From contig CAWHDT010000003.1 of NCBI GenBank assembly GCA_963828195.1, positions 352,001 through 416,000 on the forward strand: 64,000 nt of DNA. Direction: 5' to 3'. Positions 1-11,289 of the stretch are shown here, piece by piece; position 1 is the stretch's first letter; each line of letters opens with the position of its first letter. The position numbers and the translations under genes are program-made. Origin of the DNA: Candidatus Bathyarchaeota archaeon. GTDB taxonomy: Archaea; Thermoproteota; Bathyarchaeia; Bathyarchaeales; Bathycorpusculaceae. The notes beneath the pieces were generated by a model. That model worked only from the letters and a program-made list of their open reading frames with translations. It was not told the origin of the DNA and did not search any database.

Positions 1-1
1 C

Positions 2-154
2 GGTTACACTTCCATCGCAACTGAATCTGTGTCCAGCAGCCGTGAAACATCAGATGAATATTGTATAGCATCAGCAACAGGAACGTACACTCCAACCTAC
101 ACCTTCAGCTCAAATCCCTGGGGTATAATTGCAGATGCAATAAAATCCTCGTAA
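2..154 (+). CDS. 3' end of a Ser/Thr-rich, probably secreted protein (partial, runs off window)
   Basis: Open frame GYTSIATESVSSS...FSSNPWGIIADAIKSS ending in TAA at 152-154. Confidence 0.5.
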   Translation, partial: GYTSIATESVSSSRETSDEYCIASATGTYTPTYTFSSNPWGIIADAIKSS

Positions 155-251
155 CACAAAACTAAGGAACACTCATATGAAAAAAATAAAATGGTTGCCC
201 TCAAAAAACTCTCAGAATTCAAGTTGGACAAACGCTAGGTAGGAAGATAGA

Positions 252-1208
252 ATGAAAAATCAAAAAATAATAAAATTAGTGACTTGCCTCGTACTCGTCG
301 CGTTAGTTTCGGCAATTTTTACCTTTACTCCGCAGGCTAAAGCAGATTCTGAGGGAGTCTATATTTGGATTGACCCGAGTCAAGGTTGCGGAAGCGTTAC
401 TCAAAATTTAGTAAATAACTATACTACTTTCAATTTGACTGTTGACATTTCAAACGCCACAAATCAAAATGACAATTGCAAGATAAGATTGTCCACAGAT
501 TCCTCAGAAAGCGTGGCAATTTACTGGGAGACCGACACTATCGACGCTCAATCAACATATTTCGCTCAAACCCTATCAGTATGTAATGCCACGGACACCA
601 CTGAAATAGATTGCAACACAACAACGTTTGCGCCGAATCTGGTTTGGGATGGAAACACGATATATTGGTACGGTAATGATTCTAACTTGTTGCTGGGAAG
701 CATGGATACTTCTGCTTATTTTTCAAACGTGTCTATGACTTTCATAGATGCAACTATGTCATTTGATTCTGGAAGCGTCAACATAAATATCGAAACTATG
801 AGCGCGCCGACGCCAACTCCATCTCCATCGCCAACGCCTTCTCCAACTCCAACATCAACGCCGACTCCGACCTCCACTCCAGCCCCAACCGCAACACCAA
901 CGCCCACACCCTCACCAACACCCACTCTGATCCCTACATCAACCCCTACTCCAACATCGTCATCAACACCCACATCTTCCCCAAATCCAACACCAACTGC
1001 GTCCCCGGGCCCATTACCATCGCCAACGCCGACCCCTGTACCAACAACTCAAACTGACCTCACGGTTCCAGAATTCCCTGCTCAATTGCTAACAATTACC
1101 TTAGTTGCGTCTATGATTATCGTCTTGTCTGCGGTTATTGTTGCAAAGAAAAAAATACTTGAAAAATCCCGCGGATCACAAACAATCGCCAACTCCGTCA
1201 GCGCTTAA
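252..1208 (+). CDS. Cell-surface glycoprotein with Pro/Thr linker and PEF-CTERM-like sorting signal
   Basis: Signal peptide, many N-x-S/T sequons, long (PT/PS)n linker, then VPEFP + TM helix + KKK. Confidence 0.8.
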   Translation: MKNQKIIKLVTCLVLVALVSAIFTFTPQAKADSEGVYIWIDPSQGCGSVTQNLVNNYTTFNLTVDISNATNQNDNCKIRLSTDSSESVAIYWETDTIDAQSTYFAQTLSVCNATDTTEIDCNTTTFAPNLVWDGNTIYWYGNDSNLLLGSMDTSAYFSNVSMTFIDATMSFDSGSVNINIETMSAPTPTPSPSPTPSPTPTSTPTPTSTPAPTATPTPTPSPTPTLIPTSTPTPTSSSTPTSSPNPTPTASPGPLPSPTPTPVPTTQTDLTVPEFPAQLLTITLVASMIIVLSAVIVAKKKILEKSRGSQTIANSVSA

Positions 1209-1488
1209 ACCCTTTTTCGCTCCAAACTTCATCTAAGGAAACGAAGCATGACAACCACGATAATTTTATAGTGGAAAACTCTTTTCTCTGTATTGATACT
1301 TATTTTTGATAAGTATTTGCTATTCATATTCAATAAATAGTAATAGGGCGTTTTTATCGAGTGGAAAGGTGAAGACAAGTCAAGATAAAGTCAGCAGGTA
1401 GCATCCTTTTCTTATGTTCAGTTCAGGCAATTACGCCACATTTTATTAGTGCGATGGGCAATCATAAGAAAAACAATAAGGGATTACA

Positions 1489-2304
1489 TTGAACTTCCAA
1501 GCAGTTCTCATTGCGGCGCAAGTGGTGGTTTCAGCAGCTTTGCTTACTTATGCCTCATGGAGTGACTACAAAACTCGCGAAGTAAGCAACCGAGTCTGGG
1601 CGGTCTATGCACCTATAGCAATCGTGCTTTCCCTCGCAGAGTTTTTGCTCTATGATCCCTCAAAACTTGCTCTATTCGGCATCAGCGCAGGATTTACCGT
1701 CGGGTTAGCGTTTCTTTTGTTTTATTCTGGTGCATTTGGCGGCGCGGACTCAAAAGCACTCATGTGCATCGCCTTCGCCATGCCTTTCGCCCCGATAACA
1801 CTATTTACACCCATCTTAGCCGGCGGGTTATCCCCAATCTCACAGGTCATATTTCCATTAACTATATTCAGCAACGCCGTTCTTTTCGCAGCAGCAAGCG
1901 GCATCTACATGATACTGCGCAATTTGGTTTGGCACAAAAAAAACGGAAGAAAAATGTTTACGGGAACACTTGCAAATGAATCTCTGTGGAAAAAAATAGT
2001 TATACTGATAACAGGTTACAAGGTGACGGTTGCAAAATTAAGGGAGAAATGGCATGTTTTTCCTATGGAAGATGTAGATGAAGGCGAGAACACGTTACAG
2101 AGAAAGCTAGTTGTTATTCCAAGTGATGAGGGACGCGATAAAATTGTGGAACGCTTGTCTAACGCCGTTCAAGGAGGAAAAATCGATACTTACGTTTGGG
2201 CGACTCCGGGTTTACCCATGCTCATATTCATAACTTTAGGATTAATTGTAGCCTTATTAGGTGGAGATCTGGTTTGGTTGCTAGTCAGATTTATCCTTCG
2301 ATGA
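1489..2304 (+). CDS. Prepilin/prearchaellin peptidase (A24, FlaK/PibD-like)
   Basis: ASWSDYKTREV and FGGADSK aspartate motifs; multi-TM; C-terminal VWATPGLP. Confidence 0.9.
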   Translation: MNFQAVLIAAQVVVSAALLTYASWSDYKTREVSNRVWAVYAPIAIVLSLAEFLLYDPSKLALFGISAGFTVGLAFLLFYSGAFGGADSKALMCIAFAMPFAPITLFTPILAGGLSPISQVIFPLTIFSNAVLFAAASGIYMILRNLVWHKKNGRKMFTGTLANESLWKKIVILITGYKVTVAKLREKWHVFPMEDVDEGENTLQRKLVVIPSDEGRDKIVERLSNAVQGGKIDTYVWATPGLPMLIFITLGLIVALLGGDLVWLLVRFILR

Positions 2305-2535
2305 AAAATCAAAATCTTCACTAAACATGTTTTTGCCACGTTTTGAGTATGAAACAGATGCGGTTACAGTGAGGACTGACCCAAAACTTACCAATACAAG
2401 AGCGTAGCCGTGATATGGATATGTCCAGTTTAGATTAAAATTTGAGCCGCCTGCCTGATAAGAATAAAAGAAGACGCCTATTGCGAACAACAATAGCGCA
2501 AGCGACAGCAAACAAACTTCCGTTTTGAACTTCAT
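2281..2535 (-). CDS. Small two-TM membrane protein
   Basis: Two hydrophobic helices around a YPY loop. Confidence 0.6.
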   Translation of the reverse strand: MKFKTEVCLLSLALLLFAIGVFFYSYQAGGSNFNLNWTYPYHGYALVLVSFGSVLTVTASVSYSKRGKNMFSEDFDFSSKDKSD

Positions 2536-2622
2536 ACCCCTATACTCCTCCGTATTCCCAAGACTCTATCTTAATCAAAAGGTATTTTAGCTTTTTGGAA
2601 ATACACCTACTAGAGCATTCTG

Positions 2623-3711
2623 ATGTACGATAATGAATGCAGAAAAGAACTGCTAAGCCTTCTGAGCGAAAAACCGAAAGATTGCAGAGTCGTCGTTCTA
2701 CCTGATTTCTTTCTTGACAGACTCATTAATTTGAATTGGAGCCCCTTAGAGTTTTCATCACTGATTTCAGATGTTGCCAATCGGAAGGGCGGCAGTATCG
2801 ACGGGATCCCTCAGACTGACATGCGAGGCGGAAACGCCATCAACGTAGCGTCAGCTTTAGCCAGATTGGGCGCTAAGATAACTCCAATCGTTTGTACGAG
2901 CGAATATGGCTTGCAACAAATAAAATACTACTTCAGGGACGCTCCAGTAGATACAACGCATATTAAAATTCGGAAAAAAGCCTCAGTTACAACCGCTTTA
3001 GAGTTCAAAAACAAAGAAGAGAAAACAAACGTTATGATACGCGACTTGGGGTCGCTGGCAGATTTTGGTCCCGAAGATTTGGATGAAGATGATTACTCGT
3101 TAATTGAGGATGCCGATTATACGTGCCTTTTCAATTGGGCGGGCACATTAAAATTTGGGACCCCGCTTGCCCAAGCCGTTTTCAGCACGGCAAAAAAGAA
3201 ACGCAAAGGCAAAACTTACTTTGATACAGCAGATCCTACGCCAAATCAGCTGGCAATCCCTCAATTGATGGAAACAGTTTTAAAATCCAACCAGTTGGAT
3301 ATTTTGAGCCTAAATGAGAATGAGGCAATTATGTACGCGTCATTGTTGGACAAGACTTTGTACGATAGGAAAAGCGATTTAGATTTCACTGAGTTGGCGA
3401 TGGAGGCAGCACGAGTGCTGGCAAAGCATTTTCGATCTAGAATTGACTTGCATACCACGGCTTTTTCAGCGACCTTAAAGGACAAAACTGAGACGACGGT
3501 TCCTGCCTTTAATGTTAAAGTTTTGCGTGCGACTGGAGCTGGTGATGCTTGGACGGCAGGAAACATCTTGGGCGATAGAAATGGTCTTTCAGACAAATGC
3601 CGTTTAGCGTTAGCGAACGCCGTTGCAGCTTGTTACCTTTCGGGCCCAGCGGGTCTCCATCCTTCAAGGCGTGAGCTAACCACATTCATTGAGCGCAGAT
3701 TAAAAGAATAA
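2623..3711 (+). CDS. PfkB-family carbohydrate kinase
   Basis: GGNAINVA, LNENEA and RATGAGDAW signatures. Confidence 0.9.
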   Translation: MYDNECRKELLSLLSEKPKDCRVVVLPDFFLDRLINLNWSPLEFSSLISDVANRKGGSIDGIPQTDMRGGNAINVASALARLGAKITPIVCTSEYGLQQIKYYFRDAPVDTTHIKIRKKASVTTALEFKNKEEKTNVMIRDLGSLADFGPEDLDEDDYSLIEDADYTCLFNWAGTLKFGTPLAQAVFSTAKKKRKGKTYFDTADPTPNQLAIPQLMETVLKSNQLDILSLNENEAIMYASLLDKTLYDRKSDLDFTELAMEAARVLAKHFRSRIDLHTTAFSATLKDKTETTVPAFNVKVLRATGAGDAWTAGNILGDRNGLSDKCRLALANAVAACYLSGPAGLHPSRRELTTFIERRLKE

Positions 3712-3773
3712 TCTGTTTGCTTAGGCGACTGTACTTTTTCGTTTATTTATTGAGTCTATTTTTTAAGTTATGG

Positions 3774-4487
3774 TTAAACAATGCTGAGTAACTCGTTGAG
3801 TCGCTGAATTGTGAAGTCTGGTTTAATTTTTCTTTTTCCTTTTTCATTTAATCTGCGTCTATCCATCAGCACCGTCACCATTCCACATTGATTTCCGCCT
3901 AAAATGTCTCGTTCCAAATTGTCGCCTACCACAACGGTTTCTGATGGGTCAGTTTTAAGTTGAACTGAGGCTTCTTTAAAGATTTTAGGGTCAGGTTTTT
4001 CCACGCCAACTTCTTCCGAAACAACAATTACGTCGAAGAATTCTCTAATTGCGAGTCTTAAAAGTATCTCATAGGTTGTGTCTGTCGATCCGTCTGTTAT
4101 GACTCCAAGTTTGTAACCCTTGGCTTTCAGAGCTGACAACGTTTGAATAACAGTTGAAGACGGCAAAATAATAGAAATTATGAAGTCGCGGTAAATGATG
4201 TGGGCGCTTTTTATGACCATCGGATCTGCTTTGATGCTTAACTCTTCAAAAAATTTTGAAAAGAAAAAATCATTTAAAAATAATCTGTCGGCATGTGGCT
4301 TAGCATATTTTTGGATTACTTTCTCAAAAAGCCTGTCAGCTTCATCAACATCCTTTATCGGTATGTTCTGGTCAATCAGTTTTTCAATCGTCATTCTGCG
4401 GGCGAAACACGTGTAGCTTGTAAGATCAAACAAAGTGTCCCCTAAATCGAACAGAATCGCCGAGATTTTAGTTTCTTGCTTTTTCAT
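3774..4487 (-). CDS. HAD-superfamily hydrolase
   Basis: FDLGDTL, EKPDPKIF and VGDNLERDI motifs. Confidence 0.9.
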   Translation of the reverse strand: MKKQETKISAILFDLGDTLFDLTSYTCFARRMTIEKLIDQNIPIKDVDEADRLFEKVIQKYAKPHADRLFLNDFFFSKFFEELSIKADPMVIKSAHIIYRDFIISIILPSSTVIQTLSALKAKGYKLGVITDGSTDTTYEILLRLAIREFFDVIVVSEEVGVEKPDPKIFKEASVQLKTDPSETVVVGDNLERDILGGNQCGMVTVLMDRRRLNEKGKRKIKPDFTIQRLNELLSIV

Positions 4488-5188
4488 ATTTTCTCAACTT
4501 TTTTGTGTAATTCGATGAATTCTGAAAGTTTTTGGCAAAGTAAGTCTTTATGCCAATACATCGCTGTTTTTTGGAACGACATGCTTCCTTCAATTTCGGC
4601 TTTTGCTTTTTTCCAAAAGAGAACTGAGAAGACCGCTGCTAACAAAATCTGTGCTAGATCAAGGTTTGAGTTCGGTTTATAAGATAGGAAATGGGAAAAG
4701 CTTGGACTTGAAATGGAAAGCGCAAGAAATAAAATATATCCAAGAAGTACAATGCTGCAGTTTGCGTACAGATAAAAAGTAGACGCATAAATTCTTTGTC
4801 GTTCCCTTACGGGCTCAGAAACCTCAGAGTAGGAAAAATTGCCCCAGAAATCGGCATAAAACTTGTTGGGTTTTAACGAGTTAAGGTTTGGATATTTATC
4901 CTTTTGAGCATTTGCGATTTTCAGCATCGTCTCGATTTTTTCATCTTCATTTATCGTCAGCATGCTGGCAAGTTTTGGCTTGAAAACAGGTATTTTCTTT
5001 TCTAGTCGCATTCCATATAGAGCTATGCCTAATCCTACTCCGCCGACTAATGCTAAAGCGATTCCTGTGTTGCCGGCAAATATTGAGGGATATAATGTGT
5101 ACACTAAGAAAAGTGCGAAATAGCCAGGGATCACTATTCTAAATGTTTCGTTAATGCTTTCTTGTCCAAGGCTTGGTAACTGCGCCAT
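4484..5188 (-). CDS. Multi-TM membrane protein of unknown function
   Basis: About four TM segments; 4-bp overlap with the HAD gene. Confidence 0.65.
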   Translation of the reverse strand: MAQLPSLGQESINETFRIVIPGYFALFLVYTLYPSIFAGNTGIALALVGGVGLGIALYGMRLEKKIPVFKPKLASMLTINEDEKIETMLKIANAQKDKYPNLNSLKPNKFYADFWGNFSYSEVSEPVRERQRIYASTFYLYANCSIVLLGYILFLALSISSPSFSHFLSYKPNSNLDLAQILLAAVFSVLFWKKAKAEIEGSMSFQKTAMYWHKDLLCQKLSEFIELHKKVEKI

Positions 5189-5341
5189 ATTGTTTATTTT
5201 ACTGCGAATCTAGAATAAAAATTGCGTGCTTGCCTCGGAATTGCAACGACCAAATTTTTGGCAATCCAGTTAAGGGTCTGTTTGAAATATTTAATATCGA
5301 ATAGTTTATTTTAACGCTAACTTCAATATTAGAGTAAACAT

Positions 5342-6727
5342 TTGGAGGACACCAAACTGACCAATTCAGTTGCATCAGACTTAGACAACATTTTCAGAGC
5401 CTACGATATAAGAGGAATTTTCGGCAAAAACCTCACTCAAGAAACAGCATCCGTCTTCGGATTAGCTTTCTCCACTTTTATGGGGGAAGGAACTGAGGTT
5501 GCCGTCGGACGCGATATCCGACTAAGCGGCGACGCTCTCAAGGAGGCACTGCTGTCAGGGTTGCTCTCCAAATGCGACGTCACCGATGTCGGAGTAGTTT
5601 CAACGCCCATGCTATATTTTGCAACAAACCATCTGAAGAAGAAATCAGGAATAATGATAACTGCCTCTCATAACCCGCCTGAATGGAACGGATTTAAACT
5701 CTTCAAGCAAAATGGATGCGTCCACGGGGAAGAAATGTATCAAATAAAACAGATAGCAAAAAACTCGCCAACTAAACCGACTGCACAAATGGGAAAAGCG
5801 AAACAATATCCTGGGATTTTTCAGGACTATACCCATTTTGTATTTGAAAAAATCAAAATTAAGAGAAAACTAAACGTGGTTGTTGACACGGGCAACGGGG
5901 TCTGCGGGTTATTTGTTCCATCTCTCTTCAAACAGGGTGGATGCAGTGTTCTAACTTTAAACGAAAAACCAGACGGAAGATTTCCAGCGCACCGTCCTGA
6001 ACCAACCGAAGAAACATTGGGGGAACTGGAGCAAAAAGTGCTGGAGACCCAAGCTGATTTTGGAGTAGGCTACGATGGAGATGGTGACAGAGCAGTTTTT
6101 GTTGACAATAAAGGCCGTCTGATTCCAGGTGATCTGACTCTGATGATATTTGCCAAGAATGTTCTTCAAAAAAATAAGGGTGCCTCAATAGTTTACGAGT
6201 TAAGCTGCTCCATGGCTGTCGAGGAATTCGTAAGAAAATACGGCGGAAACCCAATAGTTGAACGGGTTGGTCACACGTATATTATGGATCGGATGCTCTC
6301 CGAAAAGGCTTCGCTGGGCGGAGAAAAAAGCAGCCACTTTTATTTTTCCGAGACCAACGGCGGAGACGACGCAATTTTTGCAAGCTTGAAAATGGCCGAA
6401 ATTTTATCCAGCACAACAGAAACCCTTTCAGATATCTTTGATTCTTTGCCGAAATACCCGTCGATATTTGAAGAAAACTTTAAGGTTTCTGACGAACAAA
6501 AATTCGCCTTGATTGAAAAATTGAAAATCAACTTTAAGAAGTATTCGCTGAAGACTCTTGAGGCGGACGGAGTGAAACTGCTGTACGAAGACGGATGGGT
6601 TCTTTTGAGGGCATCTAACACTGAACCAATCATCAGGGTCTCTGCTGAAGCAAGGACTAAAAAAAGACTTGACGAAATCTATACGTTTGCGGTAAACGAG
6701 CTAAAACAGGCAATGAAGGAGAGCTAA
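5342..6727 (+). CDS. Phosphomannomutase/phosphoglucomutase
   Basis: FRAYDIRG, ITASHNP and DGDGDR motifs. Confidence 0.95.
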   Translation: MEDTKLTNSVASDLDNIFRAYDIRGIFGKNLTQETASVFGLAFSTFMGEGTEVAVGRDIRLSGDALKEALLSGLLSKCDVTDVGVVSTPMLYFATNHLKKKSGIMITASHNPPEWNGFKLFKQNGCVHGEEMYQIKQIAKNSPTKPTAQMGKAKQYPGIFQDYTHFVFEKIKIKRKLNVVVDTGNGVCGLFVPSLFKQGGCSVLTLNEKPDGRFPAHRPEPTEETLGELEQKVLETQADFGVGYDGDGDRAVFVDNKGRLIPGDLTLMIFAKNVLQKNKGASIVYELSCSMAVEEFVRKYGGNPIVERVGHTYIMDRMLSEKASLGGEKSSHFYFSETNGGDDAIFASLKMAEILSSTTETLSDIFDSLPKYPSIFEENFKVSDEQKFALIEKLKINFKKYSLKTLEADGVKLLYEDGWVLLRASNTEPIIRVSAEARTKKRLDEIYTFAVNELKQAMKES

Positions 6728-8044
6728 ATGCAGGCTGTATTGCTGGCTGGTGGCGCGGGAAAAAGGGTTTTTCCTTTATCGGCAAATAAGCCGAAACCAA
6801 TGTTCAAGATCGTTGGAAAACCACTTATCGAACATGTTATCGAAAGAATGAAGACAGCTGGACTAACCGACTTCGTCGTTATTGTTGGACCTAATGGAGC
6901 GCAAATTAAAGAGTTTTTAGGAGACGGCGGCGCCCTTGGTGTCCACATCTCTTACGGTTTTCAAAAAGAACCTTTGGGCATGGCAAACGCGCTTGAATCT
7001 GCCAAAGAACTGCTTGAAGACAACTTTTTTGTTGTCAACGCCGACGACATTTTCGAAAACGCGCTCATAAAACAGATGTTTGAAACATTCAGGAAAAGTG
7101 ATGCAGAAATCTTGCTTTCATGCCAGCCAGTCAAAGAAACTTGGAAGTTCGGGATAATCAAAAAGGAAAATGACAAAGTCACATGTCTTGTTGAGAAACC
7201 GCCGAAGGGTCAAGAACCAAGCAACCTTGCGGTCATAGGCGTTTACCTGATGACGAAAAAAATCTTAAGTTACTATGGGAAAGTGGGGGTTTCTGACCAC
7301 CAGTACGAAGATGCAATTCAAGCTTTCATAGAAGACAAAAATGTTGTGAAGGCAGTTAGCTACGACGGATTCTTTGCGGGCTACAAGTATCCATGGGATC
7401 TTTTCGCGATAAATCAACATTTAATGAATGAACTCATAACAAAACAAACCGTGGAGAAAGACGTGGAAATTTCAGAGCGCGCTGAGGTTGATGGAAACGT
7501 CTGGGTAAGAAAAAACACCAAAATAATGCCGGGCGCCGTCATAAAAGGACCTGCCTACATTGGACCAAACAGCATCATCGGAAATAACAGTTTAATAAGA
7601 AACTGCTCATCCATCGGCGCTAATTGTGTAGTGGGGTTTTCCAGCGAAATCAAGCGTTCGCTGATAGGTGACAACTGCTTTTTCCACATGAACTTCATCG
7701 GGGATTCAATAATATCTGACGGCTGCCTGTTCGGAGCGGGATGCATAACAGCCAACTTCCGATTTGACGAACAAGCAGTCAGTTTAACTGTTGACGCCAA
7801 AAAGGTCTCTTCTGGAGACAACAAAATAGGCGCCATCGTGGGCGAGAACAGTAAAGCAGGCGTTAACTCAACCCTTGGACCAGGCGTCAAAATTGGCCCC
7901 CAAAGCATCGTTGGACCAGGAGTTTTTCTTCAAAAAGACCTTGCGCCCGGCACGGCCATCTTTTTGAAAAGCGAAAACTATGTTTCCCAAGCGAATAGGC
8001 TGTCTTGTTCGGAAGATAAAAAAGCAAACGATAAGCATCAATGA
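6728..8044 (+). CDS. Bifunctional sugar-1-phosphate nucleotidylyltransferase/acetyltransferase (archaeal GlmU-like)
   Basis: LAGGAGKR...KP NTP-transferase motif and C-terminal hexapeptide repeats. Confidence 0.9.
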   Translation: MQAVLLAGGAGKRVFPLSANKPKPMFKIVGKPLIEHVIERMKTAGLTDFVVIVGPNGAQIKEFLGDGGALGVHISYGFQKEPLGMANALESAKELLEDNFFVVNADDIFENALIKQMFETFRKSDAEILLSCQPVKETWKFGIIKKENDKVTCLVEKPPKGQEPSNLAVIGVYLMTKKILSYYGKVGVSDHQYEDAIQAFIEDKNVVKAVSYDGFFAGYKYPWDLFAINQHLMNELITKQTVEKDVEISERAEVDGNVWVRKNTKIMPGAVIKGPAYIGPNSIIGNNSLIRNCSSIGANCVVGFSSEIKRSLIGDNCFFHMNFIGDSIISDGCLFGAGCITANFRFDEQAVSLTVDAKKVSSGDNKIGAIVGENSKAGVNSTLGPGVKIGPQSIVGPGVFLQKDLAPGTAIFLKSENYVSQANRLSCSEDKKANDKHQ

Positions 8045-8212
8045 TCCCGCAGCTTCCCCAACTCTTTGTCTCTCTTCACAGCTTCCACTTGGTTCACTAT
8101 TTGAACCCGATGAGTCTGCGTGAAAACCTGCGATAAGCCCAACAAATAAGCATCTTGGCTTAAATGCTCTGTTACCACGATCGGTTTGTTATATTACTGC
8201 TTAGATGATTTT

Positions 8213-8258
8213 GGAAGAAGAAGAAGAAAAATTGTTTTTCTAGGCTTCTTCTTCTTTT
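8213..8258. repeat. (GAA)n-AAAATTGTTTTT-(TTC)n hairpin element, copy 1
   Basis: GGAAGAAGAAGAAGAAAAATTGTTTTTCTAGGCTTCTTCTTCTTTT; near-identical to the reverse complement of 29513-29561. Confidence 0.8.
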
Positions 8259-8689
8259 GGAAAAAAATTATGCCGCAGAATTTTCGCGCAGTCTCAATAA
8301 CGCACTAAACAGAATTCAACATAGACGCAAGGCCCCGCACCTTCAACATAGAAACGTCTTTTTGCTTGAGAAATACGCTGTTTTTCGATTGTTTTTTGAA
8401 GGAAAAAAAAATTGCAAATATTGAAAAGGGAAAATGACTTGAAGGACTTTTCAGATGAATTAAGATGCCTTAAGAGTATTTTTCTGTTCTTTGGTCTAAT
8501 TGAATATCAATACAACATATCTAACAACTTTGGAATGTGAAGACTTTTCCGCCATTGGACATTTTTGGCTGGTTAGTTTTTATTCGTTTGAATTCCGAAT
8601 CTATGTTTTCGTGTTTTACACCGTTCTTATTTATAACTTGGCAGATTAATAGTTGGAGGTTAATATTTTCATAACCTTCGGAAGGCACG

Positions 8690-9361
8690 ATGATGGCTGA
8701 CACTTACGCCTCAATAATCTTGCATATTTTACAGGACAAAGTAGCTGTGCCTGAATTGGTTAAACCAAAAAAAGACCCATTTGAAACTTTAGTTATAACG
8801 ATTATTTCTCAAAACACCGCTGACCGCAACACTGAGAGGGCCTTCGAAAACCTTTCGAATCAATTCGAAATAACGCCTCAAGCACTATCACAGGTTGAAA
8901 CAAGCAAGATTGAAGCTTGCCTTCACGTTGGCGGACTCTACAAAAACAAAGCCAAAACAATACAAGCCGTCTCAAAAATAATATTGGAAAAATTTCATGG
9001 CTCACTGAAACCCATTTTATCGTTGCCTTTTGAGGAGGCTAGACAAGCACTTATTGAGTTGCCTGGAGTTGGGCCGAAAACTGCGGATGTTGTCTTGCTT
9101 TTCGCAGCGAATCAGCCCACTATTCCCGTGGATACGCATGTTAATCGGGTGTCGAAGCGGCTTGGGTTAGCGCCTGCAAACGGCGGTTACGAGGAGGTGC
9201 GTTTGAGTCTTCAGTCACTTTTTGACCCGAAAGATTATCTGGCGGTTCATTTGATGTTGATTGCGCACGGAAGGAAATACTGCAAGGCAAGGCAGCCGCT
9301 TTGCCCAAAGTGCCCAGTGAGGACTTATTGCCCTTCTAAGTGTTTAGGAGATAAAAAATGA
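8690..9361 (+). CDS. nth: Endonuclease III
   Basis: ISQNTAD, LPGVGPKTA HhH, VDTHV and C-x6-C-x2-C-x5-C Fe-S motif. Confidence 0.95.
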   Translation: MMADTYASIILHILQDKVAVPELVKPKKDPFETLVITIISQNTADRNTERAFENLSNQFEITPQALSQVETSKIEACLHVGGLYKNKAKTIQAVSKIILEKFHGSLKPILSLPFEEARQALIELPGVGPKTADVVLLFAANQPTIPVDTHVNRVSKRLGLAPANGGYEEVRLSLQSLFDPKDYLAVHLMLIAHGRKYCKARQPLCPKCPVRTYCPSKCLGDKK

Positions 9362-11289
9362 CAATTAAGCTGCCATCGGCGGTTGAAAAGTATTTTCCAT
9401 ATCAAAGCGTGCGTCCGCATCAAGATGAATTTATCTCCACAGTTTATAACGCCGTGCATGAGAGACGTTCAGTTCTCATCGAAGGAAGTAACGGTTTAGG
9501 AAAAACCATCTCAGCTCTTTCTGCCTGCCTACCGGTAGCAATGGAGAAAGATTTGAAGATACTTTATGTCGCTAGAACCCATCGGCAACACGACCGAGTT
9601 ATAGAAGAATTAAAAGCTATACATAGAAAACAACCCGTTGCTGGGGTTTCTATTCGTGGGCGCAATGAAATGTGCCTTAACGCTTTTGCCACCGGAGGAG
9701 CTTTTGACTCAAAATCAATGATGGAAGTTTGCGAACTGCTGAAGAACAAAAGCAGGTGCCCATTTTACCAAAACGTTGTTAAGCGAACGTCAGATTTTAT
9801 TCAAATTTCTGCCGCAGTTGCCGCTCGACCGTATTTGGCATCTGATATCCTGTCGATTTGCCTAAGAAAAGAGTTGTGCCCGTATGAGTTGGTGAAGTCG
9901 GCGGTTTCAGAAGCCAGAGTAATTGCTTTAAGCTACTTGTATGTTTTTGACCCTAATATTCGAAATGCTTTTCTGAAAAACTTAGAGCAGGAACTATCAA
10001 AGATCATATTAATTGTGGACGAGGCGCATAATCTGCCTGAGACAGCCATTGACATCTCGAGCACAAGTTTATCTTCTTTTGCTGTTCGGCAGGCGGAGTC
10101 GGAAGCCGACAAATTTGGAAATAAGGAAGTTGAGAGATTTGCTCATTTCTTGAAGGATACGATTGAAACCTTAACTGATGGCGAAAGTCGAGAAAAGATA
10201 ATTCCATCCAGTGAAATAATCGAAAGTATCAAAAAATCTTCAAGTATCGATGACCTAAATGGATTCTTTGAGCGCATGGTGGAAGCTGGCAACGCGATTA
10301 AGAAACGTTTGTTGGTGGAGGGGAAAAATCCGCGGTCATATGTCCATTCAATGGGGGATTTCTTGCTTAGACTGCTCGATACCGCTGATGATGATTCCTT
10401 CATAAACGTGGCTAGTTGCTATCTTAACAGAGAAAGAAACAAAACGGCGAAGTTGGAAATTGTTGCGTTGGATCCTTCAAAAATTACAAAGCCAGTTTTT
10501 TCTTCGACTTATGCCAATGTGATAATGTCGGGGACACTTCAGCCGATGGAAGCTTATGAGCAAATAACAAAGCCGCCTGTAAACACTGTGGAATTCATTG
10601 TTCCGTCGCCGTTCCCAAAGGAACACGTGTTCTCAGTTGTGGTTTCAGGAGTAACCACAGCGATGGAAAAAAGAACCCCGACCATGTACCAAACCATCAT
10701 CGAACGAATAAACGAGGTGGCGGATAATACGCCGACAAACACAGGTGTTTTTGCTGCTTCATTCCAAGTATTAAACTCAATCCTTTCGGAGGGATTAGAA
10801 GATGCTCTGGCAAAACCTCTTTTTTACGAAAAAAGAGAAATGACCTCGGAGCAAAATGAAAAAATGGTATCAAATTTTAAAGAATGCGGCAGCAAAAAAG
10901 GCGCCGTGTTCCTCGGCGTGCAAGGCGGAAGAACCTCTGAAGGAGTGGATTTTCCAGGCAACCAAATGAACTCAGTGGTAGTTGTCGGCATTCCGTATGC
11001 TGAGCCGACGCCGAGGGTGAAAGCGCAGATTGAGTATTACGAGAAATGTTTTCCTGGGTTTGGTCGGGAATATGGTTATGTTTTGCCCGCTATGAAAAAG
11101 GCTTCTCAGGCGGCGGGCAGACCAATCAGGACGCTGGATGACCGGGGAGCCATAGTCTTTATGGACTCTCGCTTTGGAACGAGTTACTGCAGAGGTTTCC
11201 TTCCCGTTTGGATAACCAATGGAATGAAAACTTTGCCTGACGAAAAAGATGCTTTGGCATGGGAAATCAGCAATTTCTTTAAAATTTAG
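9358..11289 (+). CDS. xpd: XPD/Rad3/DinG-family Fe-S DNA helicase
   Basis: GSNGLGKT Walker A, DEAH, SEGVDF, QAAGRPIR and Fe-S cysteines. Confidence 0.9.
   Translation: MTIKLPSAVEKYFPYQSVRPHQDEFISTVYNAVHERRSVLIEGSNGLGKTISALSACLPVAMEKDLKILYVARTHRQHDRVIEELKAIHRKQPVAGVSIRGRNEMCLNAFATGGAFDSKSMMEVCELLKNKSRCPFYQNVVKRTSDFIQISAAVAARPYLASDILSICLRKELCPYELVKSAVSEARVIALSYLYVFDPNIRNAFLKNLEQELSKIILIVDEAHNLPETAIDISSTSLSSFAVRQAESEADKFGNKEVERFAHFLKDTIETLTDGESREKIIPSSEIIESIKKSSSIDDLNGFFERMVEAGNAIKKRLLVEGKNPRSYVHSMGDFLLRLLDTADDDSFINVASCYLNRERNKTAKLEIVALDPSKITKPVFSSTYANVIMSGTLQPMEAYEQITKPPVNTVEFIVPSPFPKEHVFSVVVSGVTTAMEKRTPTMYQTIIERINEVADNTPTNTGVFAASFQVLNSILSEGLEDALAKPLFYEKREMTSEQNEKMVSNFKECGSKKGAVFLGVQGGRTSEGVDFPGNQMNSVVVVGIPYAEPTPRVKAQIEYYEKCFPGFGREYGYVLPAMKKASQAAGRPIRTLDDRGAIVFMDSRFGTSYCRGFLPVWITNGMKTLPDEKDALAWEISNFFKI

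Noticed and set aside
806-1045. Tandem CCAAC/CCGAC-type repeats and the antisense GV-rich ORF 716-973
   Set aside because: They encode the Pro/Thr linker; the antisense ORF is its shadow.
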